Source: an uncultured Fusobacteriaceae bacterium
GTDB taxonomy: Bacteria > Fusobacteriota > Fusobacteriia > Fusobacteriales > Fusobacteriaceae
Direction of reading: 5' to 3'
DNA length: 64,000 nt
Assembly (NCBI GenBank): GCA_947038515.1
Contig: CAMQWJ010000001.1
Span: forward strand, 205,580 to 269,579
Below, one piece after another: positions 19,667 through 28,243 of this stretch. The notes beneath the pieces were generated by a model. That model saw nothing but the letters and a program-made list of their open reading frames with translations. It had not been told where the DNA came from and made no database searches. A program made the position numbers and the translations under genes. Each line of letters begins with the position of its first letter. The first letter of the stretch is position 1.

Positions 19667-22363
19667 TTATTTTTGAGCTATCTCTTTTAATTTTCTCTTA
19701 GCTTTATATCTGTTCATCCATTGCTCTACAGGTCCTTGATTTCTTTTAGCTACATGCTTATTCATATACGTATCTCCAAATACTAAGTCTAGTATATGTT
19801 GTGCATCTGTTCCACCATTCTCCATAGACTCTCTACAAGCTGCACAATATGTTACCATATGACCTGTTGTAGTTTCATGGGCTCTTCTTTCCATAACTCT
19901 TTTTGCTACTCCAGGAACAGCTGGAACAATCATTCCTCCAAATCCACAACATCTTGTTTTCTCTCTTGAATTTTCTAATTCTTCTACATTATATCCTAAC
20001 TCATTCATAATCCATCTTATACCATCATGAATATTAGTCATTTTTCTAATTGAGCAAGAATCGTGAATATTAAATTTAACATCTGAATTTTCACCTATTT
20101 TAATTTGAGATTCTGGAAGCCCTATTTTAGGTAGTAATTCCCAAAGTGATATTACATTTTGCTTGGCATAAGTATCAAAAATTCCATAACAAGATTGGCA
20201 AGCAACAATAACAGTTTCACATTCTACTTTATCCAATTCATCTTGAACTGATTTAAATCTCTCTTTAAACAATTCATCTTGACCTAATGCTTTAGGAGGC
20301 TTTCCACAACATTTTAAGACTGAACCAACTTCTCCTCCTAACTTATCGTTTAAGTGCTCTAAAACATTTCCTACAGCACTTGGATTATAAGAAGGTAATG
20401 AACATCCTGGAAAGAAAACATATTTTGTTTTCTTCTGGTTTGGAGCAGCATTAGTAGTATTAAACATCTTTGAAAAACCTAAATATTGATGTACTTCTAT
20501 AGCTCTATGTCCCTTCATTGGAGATCTTCCATCATTATCTTTTATATATTCACTTCTTATTCCACCAAATATTTTTTTTATTTCAAATTCTTTAGGACAC
20601 TTCAAAGTACACTGATCACACATATTACAAGAATATGCAATTTTTGCATCAAGATGCTCATATCCTTTTTCTAAATACTCTTTAAATAATGTTTTTGGAC
20701 AATCAGTATAATCATTTAGCATTATACACTCTTTCATACAAAGTTTACATTCACACTGTAAACATCGATTAGCTTCTTTTTCTGCTTCTTCTTTTGTTAA
20801 AACATTTTCTATTTCAGAAAATGACTTGTTTCTCTCTTCTACTGAAATAGTTGAATTATAATTTCTTTTTATTTTTTCTGCTGAATCCCAACCAGCAGGT
20901 AAATATTCTTTTGGCAACTCTAATTTACTTTTATAACTTTTTTCTTCTTCTAAAATTCTTCCCTCTTTTAAATCTTTTTCATTTAAGAATCTGTCTATTG
21001 AAATACTTGCTCTTCTTCCTTCAGCCATGGCTTCAACTACAATAAATGAGCTTGCACAATCTCCAGCTATGAATATTTTTGGATCTGAGGTTGATTGCAT
21101 TGTTACTTCATCAAAATCAAAAGTTCCATTTTTCTTTTTTGAAAGAGTATCTTGAATATCAAAACTACTATCCACCCCTTGTCCTATTGCAAAAACAAGA
21201 GTATCAATTTCTATTATTTCTAAATTGTTAACATCATATTTAGGAGAAAAATTTTTATTTTCATCAAAAAGTGAAATACATTTTTTTAATTCTATGCTAC
21301 AAATTCTATTATTTTCATCTTTAATTATTTTATTAATTCCATATCCAAGTTTGAATTCAATCTTTTCTTCTTTTGCTCCATGAATTTCATGCGAAGAAGA
21401 AGGCATTGCTTCAAAAGAACCTTCTAGAGGAATAGAGATAACTCTTTCTACTTCTCCTATTCTCATAGAAGATCTTGCACAATCCATTGCAACGTCTCCA
21501 CCACCAATGACAGCCACTACTTTTCCAGCTTTTTTAAAATCTTGAGTTAAAGAAATCTCTTTTAAATATTCGGCTGCATGAAAAATTCCTTCTGCATCTG
21601 AATTTTCAAGAGAACGATCTATTCTACCCTCTTGTCGACCTACACACACTAAAATACTATCATAGTTGTTTTTTAATTCATCAAATGATATATCTTTTCC
21701 TATCTCTGTTCCTAACTTTATTTCTACACCTAATTTTTCTAAAAGTGAGTACTCTTTATCTATTATATTACGTGGCAAACGATATTCTGGTATTCCAACT
21801 CTCATCATTCCACCAAGCACTGTTAATTTTTCAAATATAGTTACTTGATAACCTTTTTTAGCTAAATCTATTCCTGCTTGAGCTCCAGCTGGTCCTGCTC
21901 CTATAATAGCAATTTTTTTCATATTTGAAGGCTCTTTTTCTAAATCCCAGTCCTCTGATGAATCAAAATTATCAGCAGCATATCTTTTTAAAGAAGCAAT
22001 AGAAATTGCAAAATCTTCTTCATTTCTTCTACATCCCTCTTCACAAGGGTGTGCACATATTCTTCCCAGTGTCCCTGGTAAAAAAAGTTTTTCACGAATA
22101 ACTCTTATCGATTCTTTTCCATTCCCTTCCCCTATTAATTGTACATACTTTTTTACATCAGTATGCATTGGGCAAGAAGACACACAATTAGCAGTTGCTT
22201 CCCCCATACAATTTTCAACAATATCGATTATTTTTTCTTTAACTTCTACCTTTAGAACTCCCATTTTTGCTCTCCCCTTGCTCTTTAGATTAATTTTTCT
22301 AGCCATATTAGAATAGCCCATAATTTTTTTTATGTCAATATTTTTTTGCCACAATTTTGTCAC
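19667..22363 (-). CDS. Fusion oxidoreductase: GltD-like NAD(P)H flavoprotein + 2x[4Fe-4S] ferredoxin + HdrD/GlpC-like CCG domains
   Basis: N-terminal Fe-S Cys motifs ('CVSSCP', 'CAHPCEEGC') and a dinucleotide fold 'IAIIGAGPAGAQAG'. Ferredoxin motifs 'CLQCECKLCMKEC' and 'CNMCDQCTLKCP'. CCG motifs 'CCGKPP' and 'CCGFGG'. Confidence 0.75.
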   Translation of the reverse strand: MTKLWQKNIDIKKIMGYSNMARKINLKSKGRAKMGVLKVEVKEKIIDIVENCMGEATANCVSSCPMHTDVKKYVQLIGEGNGKESIRVIREKLFLPGTLGRICAHPCEEGCRRNEEDFAISIASLKRYAADNFDSSEDWDLEKEPSNMKKIAIIGAGPAGAQAGIDLAKKGYQVTIFEKLTVLGGMMRVGIPEYRLPRNIIDKEYSLLEKLGVEIKLGTEIGKDISFDELKNNYDSILVCVGRQEGRIDRSLENSDAEGIFHAAEYLKEISLTQDFKKAGKVVAVIGGGDVAMDCARSSMRIGEVERVISIPLEGSFEAMPSSSHEIHGAKEEKIEFKLGYGINKIIKDENNRICSIELKKCISLFDENKNFSPKYDVNNLEIIEIDTLVFAIGQGVDSSFDIQDTLSKKKNGTFDFDEVTMQSTSDPKIFIAGDCASSFIVVEAMAEGRRASISIDRFLNEKDLKEGRILEEEKSYKSKLELPKEYLPAGWDSAEKIKRNYNSTISVEERNKSFSEIENVLTKEEAEKEANRCLQCECKLCMKECIMLNDYTDCPKTLFKEYLEKGYEHLDAKIAYSCNMCDQCTLKCPKEFEIKKIFGGIRSEYIKDNDGRSPMKGHRAIEVHQYLGFSKMFNTTNAAPNQKKTKYVFFPGCSLPSYNPSAVGNVLEHLNDKLGGEVGSVLKCCGKPPKALGQDELFKERFKSVQDELDKVECETVIVACQSCYGIFDTYAKQNVISLWELLPKIGLPESQIKIGENSDVKFNIHDSCSIRKMTNIHDGIRWIMNELGYNVEELENSREKTRCCGFGGMIVPAVPGVAKRVMERRAHETTTGHMVTYCAACRESMENGGTDAQHILDLVFGDTYMNKHVAKRNQGPVEQWMNRYKAKRKLKEIAQK

Positions 22364-22376
22364 AATTAGAATTATA

Positions 22377-22410
22377 CTTAAATAACAATTCTTATTAATT
22401 GTTATTTAAG
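22377..22410. promoter_or_regulatory. Perfect 14-bp inverted repeat (CTTAAATAACAATT-N6-AATTGTTATTTAAG) in divergent intergenic region, followed by TATAAT
   Basis: Read directly. Lies 14 bp from the minus-strand oxidoreductase start and about 120 bp upstream of the SNF2 gene. Confidence 0.45.
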
Positions 22411-22527
22411 TATAATATTTTCTTTACTCTCAATAATATTTAACTTCTATCTCTTGAAAAAAAACGTTATTCATGATAAAATTAAGTTTACAATAATTAT
22501 AGATTCCACTCTAAGGAGAAAACATTA

Positions 22528-25296
22528 ATGAATCCAACCATAAAAAAAATTTACTTCATGCTTAAAGTTGATGAAATAGGGACTTATATTATCCCTACTA
22601 CTGACCTTTATGATGAATTAACTAATATTCCAGATATTCTTGATAATAATATTTTTTCACCTACAGCTATTAAGAGTCTGAATTTTTTTAATAGCATAAA
22701 AGACGAAGTCTTTGTTCAAAATTGGAACAATCTTTGGGAAGACAACAATAAAGATTCTAGCAGTAGACTTTCTATTTCTGATAATCCAGAATTATTAGTC
22801 CACTTTATCAAACTTCCCAATTTTATTAATGAAAATTTTAAACAAATTATTTTATCAGACTCAACAAATATTTTATCATTAAAAATATCTGAGCTGTTAA
22901 ATGACCCTACAAAGCTACAGTCTACTATTTTTTTAAATAATATTTATTCTGATTTTTTAATAATAACTGATGAATATTTTCTAAGAGATGATACTTTGTA
23001 TAAAATAAATATCAATAATCAATCTATTTATCCAATTAGCAGCCTAAATTCTATATTTCCAATTGAAAATGCTGAAAACTTTATAACACTTTTCTTTACT
23101 CATTTTCAAAATATTGATTTTAATTTTTTGGATTACACACTAGAAAATGGAGATTTTTCTCAGCTTACACCTGTGATTATAATTGAAAAAATTACTCCTG
23201 ATAATTGTCTATATATGAAAATAAACTTAGAAATTTCTACAATGAATTATGATTTTTTTATCCAAAATTCAATAAAAAAAATTGCATTAATCAATTCGTT
23301 AGAGAAAAAAATTACTCTTTCTGATATAAATACTGATGAATTTTCTGAAGTTATAACATTTATCAGTAAAATTATTGCAAAACATCAAAAAAAACTTAAA
23401 ATAAAAGATGACTACTATTTTGATAGTGAAAATCTTTTTATCTTAGAAGAGCAACTAGCTAAAGAATTTATTGGAAAAGAACTTCTTAAACTTGCAAGTC
23501 TTTACAAAATTATTGGAACTGAAAAATTAAAAAAATATAATATTAAGGCTGTCACTCCTAAAATCATAGGGATTTTTCATCATTCTTTAGATTTTTTAGA
23601 AGGTGATATCCAAATAGAGATTGAAGGTGAAACTTTTTCTCTTTTAGACACTATCTCAAAATATAAAACAGACTCATATATTTTATTAAGTGACGGTACT
23701 AATGCCTTAATCAATCATAAATATATTGAAAAACTAGAACGTCTCTTTAAAAGAAAAAATAAAAACAAAATAAAAATTTCTTTTTTTGATTTCCCTTTAA
23801 TTGATGAGTTAATTGTTGATGGAGTGTTTACTCAGGAATTAGAAAAAAACAAAAATTTCTTTAAGGGCTTAAACAATCTCAATAACTTAAAGTTTGATTT
23901 TCCCGTTATCAATGCTCAGCTTAGAAATTATCAAGAATACGGCTATAAATGGTTAAGTTACCTTGTTGATAATAATCTAGGAGCTTGTCTTGCCGATGAT
24001 ATGGGACTTGGTAAAACCTTACAAGCCATAACTTTATTAGCTCAGTCTCATAAGCAAAGTAAAGAACCTAGTTTAATCATAATGCCTAAAAGTTTAATTT
24101 TTAACTGGGAAAATGAAATACAAAAATTTGCTCCTTCACTCAGTACTACTATCTACTACGGCAATGATAGAGAGCTTTCTAGTATTAATAATTCTCAAAT
24201 CGTTCTTACCACTTATGGTACAGTTAGAAATGATATAGAAAAATTAAAAGACTATAAATTTAATATCTTGGTTTTAGATGAGTCACAAAATATAAAAAAT
24301 ATTAATGCTCAAACTACAAAATCTATTCTACTTCTTCAATCTAAAAGTAGAATAGCACTTAGTGGAACTCCTATTGAGAATAACCTTAGTGAGTTATATT
24401 CTCTTTTTAGATTTTTAAATCCAACTATGTTTGGAACTTTAAACGAATTTAATAATCTTTATGCCATTCCTATTCAAAAAGAAAATGATAAAGAAGCCAT
24501 GGAAGAATTAAGAAAAAAAATCTATCCATTTATCTTAAGACGTTTGAAAAAAGAAGTTTTAAAAGACTTACCAGACAAAATCGAACAAACTCTATTTATA
24601 GAAATGAACCCTGAACAAAAAAGATACTACGAAGATAGAAGAAGATACTATTATGATATGATCAATAATAGAATTACAACTCAAGGTTTAGAAAAATCAC
24701 AAATCCATATACTACAGGCTCTTAATGAACTACGTCAAATAGCAAGTTGTCCTGAAAACAAAAGAGATTATATAACTTCAAGTAAAAAAGAATTATTAAT
24801 TAACAATGTAAAAGATGCAGTTGCAAATGGTCATAAAGTATTAATTTTTACTAATTATTTAGCATCCATAAAAAGTATTTGTGAAAGCTTAACAACAGAA
24901 GGCATTAATCATTTATCAATGACTGGTAGTACTAAAAATAGACAAGAACTCGTTGAAAAATTTCAAACTGATTCCACTTATCAAGCATTTGTTATGACTT
25001 TAAAAACTGGTGGAATAGGTCTTAATCTTACTTCGGCAGACACTATTTTTATATACGATCCTTGGTGGAATAAAACTGTTGAGAATCAAGCTATTGATAG
25101 AGCATATCGAATGGGACAAGATCGAACGGTTTTTTCTTATAAACTTATACTCAAAGATACTATTGAAGAGAAAATTTTAAAACTTCAAGAATTAAAAAGT
25201 GAATTGCTCGATGAATTAATTTTTGAAGATAATAGCTCTTCAAAATTTTTAACAGAACAAGACATCAAATTTATTTTAGGAAATGAAACAACATAG
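22528..25296 (+). CDS. SNF2-family (Swi2/Snf2) helicase with uncharacterised ~450-aa N-terminal region
   Basis: Motif I 'LADDMGLGKT', motif II 'DESQNIKN', helicase-C block 'LIFTNYL...TGGIGLNL...DPWWN...QAIDRAYRMGQ'. Confidence 0.85.
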   Translation: MNPTIKKIYFMLKVDEIGTYIIPTTDLYDELTNIPDILDNNIFSPTAIKSLNFFNSIKDEVFVQNWNNLWEDNNKDSSSRLSISDNPELLVHFIKLPNFINENFKQIILSDSTNILSLKISELLNDPTKLQSTIFLNNIYSDFLIITDEYFLRDDTLYKININNQSIYPISSLNSIFPIENAENFITLFFTHFQNIDFNFLDYTLENGDFSQLTPVIIIEKITPDNCLYMKINLEISTMNYDFFIQNSIKKIALINSLEKKITLSDINTDEFSEVITFISKIIAKHQKKLKIKDDYYFDSENLFILEEQLAKEFIGKELLKLASLYKIIGTEKLKKYNIKAVTPKIIGIFHHSLDFLEGDIQIEIEGETFSLLDTISKYKTDSYILLSDGTNALINHKYIEKLERLFKRKNKNKIKISFFDFPLIDELIVDGVFTQELEKNKNFFKGLNNLNNLKFDFPVINAQLRNYQEYGYKWLSYLVDNNLGACLADDMGLGKTLQAITLLAQSHKQSKEPSLIIMPKSLIFNWENEIQKFAPSLSTTIYYGNDRELSSINNSQIVLTTYGTVRNDIEKLKDYKFNILVLDESQNIKNINAQTTKSILLLQSKSRIALSGTPIENNLSELYSLFRFLNPTMFGTLNEFNNLYAIPIQKENDKEAMEELRKKIYPFILRRLKKEVLKDLPDKIEQTLFIEMNPEQKRYYEDRRRYYYDMINNRITTQGLEKSQIHILQALNELRQIASCPENKRDYITSSKKELLINNVKDAVANGHKVLIFTNYLASIKSICESLTTEGINHLSMTGSTKNRQELVEKFQTDSTYQAFVMTLKTGGIGLNLTSADTIFIYDPWWNKTVENQAIDRAYRMGQDRTVFSYKLILKDTIEEKILKLQELKSELLDELIFEDNSSSKFLTEQDIKFILGNETT

Positions 25297-25304
25297 GGGA
25301 AAAT

Positions 25305-27092
25305 ATGATGAAAACACTACCATTTTATATAGAACTGGATAATTTTTATTCAAAAGAAGCACTTTTTAAACTTTTTAAAACATATTTTTTAAACTGGATT
25401 TCAGAAGGATATATAGGAAAAAATCTTAATGTTTTTGAAATTAGTCTTATTAAAGAAGATAGTTCTAAAGAGATTTTTCTTAACCTTCTTGAGGAAGCTC
25501 TGCAACCAGATACTTTTAAAGTTATCTATAAAACTTTACCAAAAAGAGTTCAAGAAATTTTCTATACAATAGCTTGGAATGGTAAATATTTTATAGAAGA
25601 TAACAGAGAGGAAATTTTAACTAATGGTACTAACTATGATTTAAATAAAAATTTACATAATGAATTTTTATTTTTTAAAATAATAAAAGATATTCCTAAA
25701 AAAGAGTACTTATCATTAAATTATAGCATTATCAAAAATATCCGAAAAGGTCTTGAAGAAAAACCTAAAGAATATCATATTCTTAACTCTGAAGAATTAA
25801 ATTATGAATTTAATGACCATAATGAAAAAGAATTTATAGAAAACATTAAAATTTATTATAATTTTTTCAAACAGTCAGGAATTTCTCTATCTTCCAGTGG
25901 GAAAATCCTTAAAAATATTAAAATTAATATGATGAAATACTGTAATATTACAGAATATTATCAAGATGGAAAAGACTTAGAGCAACTTAAAACTGAAAAT
26001 ATTGCTTTGTTTTTTTATTTAATTAATGAAGATACTTTAATTGAAAAATTTTCTGAAGATGATGGTATTAAAAATTTAGTTTTAGAGTTTCTTTCTGGAA
26101 AAGCATTAGATAAAAATTCTCTTTCATACTCTTTCCTCTATTTAAATTTTTTAAAAGGAAATGCAGGTAAATTAGAACAAAAAGAAAATTTAATAAAATG
26201 TTTTAATACTATTACAAAAGTTATTAAAGAATTTAGTTCCACCAATACTTCCAACTCTACTGTAAGTATTGATAATATTATTAATAGAATTCTTTTCCAA
26301 GATGATTTTATTGATATAATTGCCCCTGATATAGCTTATGAGTATCTTTATATAAATGAAGCTAACTATGAACGGACTAAAATTTTAAATTATGAAAAGT
26401 ATATTGAATATGTAATTATTCCATTTATCAAATCTATTTTTTTTCTTTTAGGAAGTTTAGGTATTTTTGAAGTTTTCTATAATAAACCCAAAAATGATAA
26501 TTCTCTATTCATAAAAAGTGGTCACTTAAGTAAATTTGATGGTTTAAAATATGTAAAACTTACAGAATTTGGTAAATATGTTTTTGATATACAAAAAAAA
26601 TATCAGTTTAAAGAATTAAAAACTGAAGGTACTTTAGAACTTGATGAAGAGCGTCTTATTATCACAATTTTAGGAGATTCACCTTCTAAAACTATACTTT
26701 GTGAAAAAATTGGTATTAAAATTAGTCCTCATAAATATAAAGTTACAACTGAAACTTTACTCAATGATATTTTTTCTAAAACAGATCTTATAAAAAAAAT
26801 CAATAATTTTAAAAGCAGTGTGAAATGTGATTTGCCTACATTTTGGGAAGAATTTTTTAATACTGCCCTACAAAATAGTCTGGCAATAGAAGTCACAACT
26901 AAATATGTAGTTTTAGCATTAAAAAACAACAAAGAATTGTTACAACTTATTTCAACCAATAAAAAATTAAAAGACCTTGTTCTAAGATGTGAAGATTACC
27001 ATTTACTAGTAAAAAAAGAGAACTTTGAAATAGCAATTGCTACTTTTAAAGAATTAGGATATATAATTGAAAATTTTTCTCTGGATGAATAG
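25305..27092 (+). CDS. Hypothetical protein (595 aa), no recognisable domain; operon partner of the SNF2 helicase
   Basis: Long uninterrupted ORF starting 9 bp after the SNF2 stop, with its own RBS 'GGGGAAAATATG'. Shared terminator at 27160-27215. Confidence 0.5.
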   Translation: MMKTLPFYIELDNFYSKEALFKLFKTYFLNWISEGYIGKNLNVFEISLIKEDSSKEIFLNLLEEALQPDTFKVIYKTLPKRVQEIFYTIAWNGKYFIEDNREEILTNGTNYDLNKNLHNEFLFFKIIKDIPKKEYLSLNYSIIKNIRKGLEEKPKEYHILNSEELNYEFNDHNEKEFIENIKIYYNFFKQSGISLSSSGKILKNIKINMMKYCNITEYYQDGKDLEQLKTENIALFFYLINEDTLIEKFSEDDGIKNLVLEFLSGKALDKNSLSYSFLYLNFLKGNAGKLEQKENLIKCFNTITKVIKEFSSTNTSNSTVSIDNIINRILFQDDFIDIIAPDIAYEYLYINEANYERTKILNYEKYIEYVIIPFIKSIFFLLGSLGIFEVFYNKPKNDNSLFIKSGHLSKFDGLKYVKLTEFGKYVFDIQKKYQFKELKTEGTLELDEERLIITILGDSPSKTILCEKIGIKISPHKYKVTTETLLNDIFSKTDLIKKINNFKSSVKCDLPTFWEEFFNTALQNSLAIEVTTKYVVLALKNNKELLQLISTNKKLKDLVLRCEDYHLLVKKENFEIAIATFKELGYIIENFSLDE

Positions 27093-27159
27093 AAATAAAA
27101 ATTAAGCACTACTGAATAAAATAAAGTATCATCTTTAAACTCTATCATCTCTAAATATA

Positions 27160-27215
27160 AAAAAACCTTTAATAGTAATCTATTTACTATTAAAGGTTTT
27201 TCTTTATTTTTTTAT
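27160..27215. terminator. Bidirectional intrinsic terminator (15-bp perfect stem AACCTTTAATAGTAA / TTACTATTAAAGGTT)
   Basis: A-run upstream and T-run downstream. Sits between the convergent hypothetical gene (+) and fruK (-). Confidence 0.7.
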
Positions 27216-27255
27216 CTACTAACTTGACATATAAATCTATCCTTGTTTATATTTT

Positions 27256-28197
27256 TTAGATTATAACTTCAATTTCTATCATTGTTAACAAACTTTCCAT
27301 AAGTTCAAATTTCCCCAATCCCTCTGAAAAAGCAGTTGCACTTCCTGAAGCTATTCCATATTTATAGGCATTTTCTATTGTTCCATATTTATTTAATCCA
27401 TAAACTATTCCTGCTACCATTGAATCTCCAGCCCCCACTGTACTAATCATTTTTCCCTTAGGTACATTACCTTTATATACCAAATTTTTTGTCACCAATA
27501 CAGAACCTTTTTCACCTAATGATATCAATACATTTTCAGCACCTAATTTTTGTAACTCTTTTCCTGCAAATATAAATTCCTCTAAAGTTTCAATCTTTCG
27601 ATTAAAGTATTCCTCTAATTCTGTTTGATTAGGTTTAACTAAAAAAACTCCTTCTCTTAAAGCCAAATCAAAACCTTTTCCTCTTGAATCTAATATAACT
27701 TTTGTCTCTCTTGGAACATTACAAATTATTTCACTATAAATATTTTCATTTAAACTTTTTGGAATACTTCCAGACAAGATTAAAATATCAGTTTTTTGTA
27801 TTTCAATCAGTTTTTTTAGGAATTCTTCTTTTTTACTTTCAGAAATCTTTGGAGCTTTTCCTGAAATTTCTGTTTCTAATCCATTATTATTTATTTTTAT
27901 ATTGATTCTAGTATCTTCTTCTAATTCCGTAAATTTAAATTCTATATCTTCTTCTCTTAAAGAGGTTCTCATATAATCCCCTGTAAATCCTCCCACAAAG
28001 CCTAAAGCTATGGATTTTTGTTCAAAATTAGCCAATACCTTGGATACATTTATCCCTTTACCACCAGGAAGAGTATAAGCTGTTCTTGGAGAATTTAATT
28101 TTCCCTCTTTAAAATTATCAAATCCTAAATAATAGTCTACTGCAGGATTTAATGTAACAGTATAAATTTTATTTTCATTTTTATTCATCATCATCAC
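27256..28197 (-). CDS. fruK: 1-phosphofructokinase (PfkB family)
   Basis: 313 aa; PfkB ribokinase-fold motifs ('GGKGINVS', C-terminal 'GAGDSMVAG'). Confidence 0.85.
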   Translation of the reverse strand: MMMMNKNENKIYTVTLNPAVDYYLGFDNFKEGKLNSPRTAYTLPGGKGINVSKVLANFEQKSIALGFVGGFTGDYMRTSLREEDIEFKFTELEEDTRINIKINNNGLETEISGKAPKISESKKEEFLKKLIEIQKTDILILSGSIPKSLNENIYSEIICNVPRETKVILDSRGKGFDLALREGVFLVKPNQTELEEYFNRKIETLEEFIFAGKELQKLGAENVLISLGEKGSVLVTKNLVYKGNVPKGKMISTVGAGDSMVAGIVYGLNKYGTIENAYKYGIASGSATAFSEGLGKFELMESLLTMIEIEVII

Positions 28198-28243
28198 AAC
28201 CTATTTTCAAGAATAAAGCTTTCATAATTTTATTCTTTTTATT

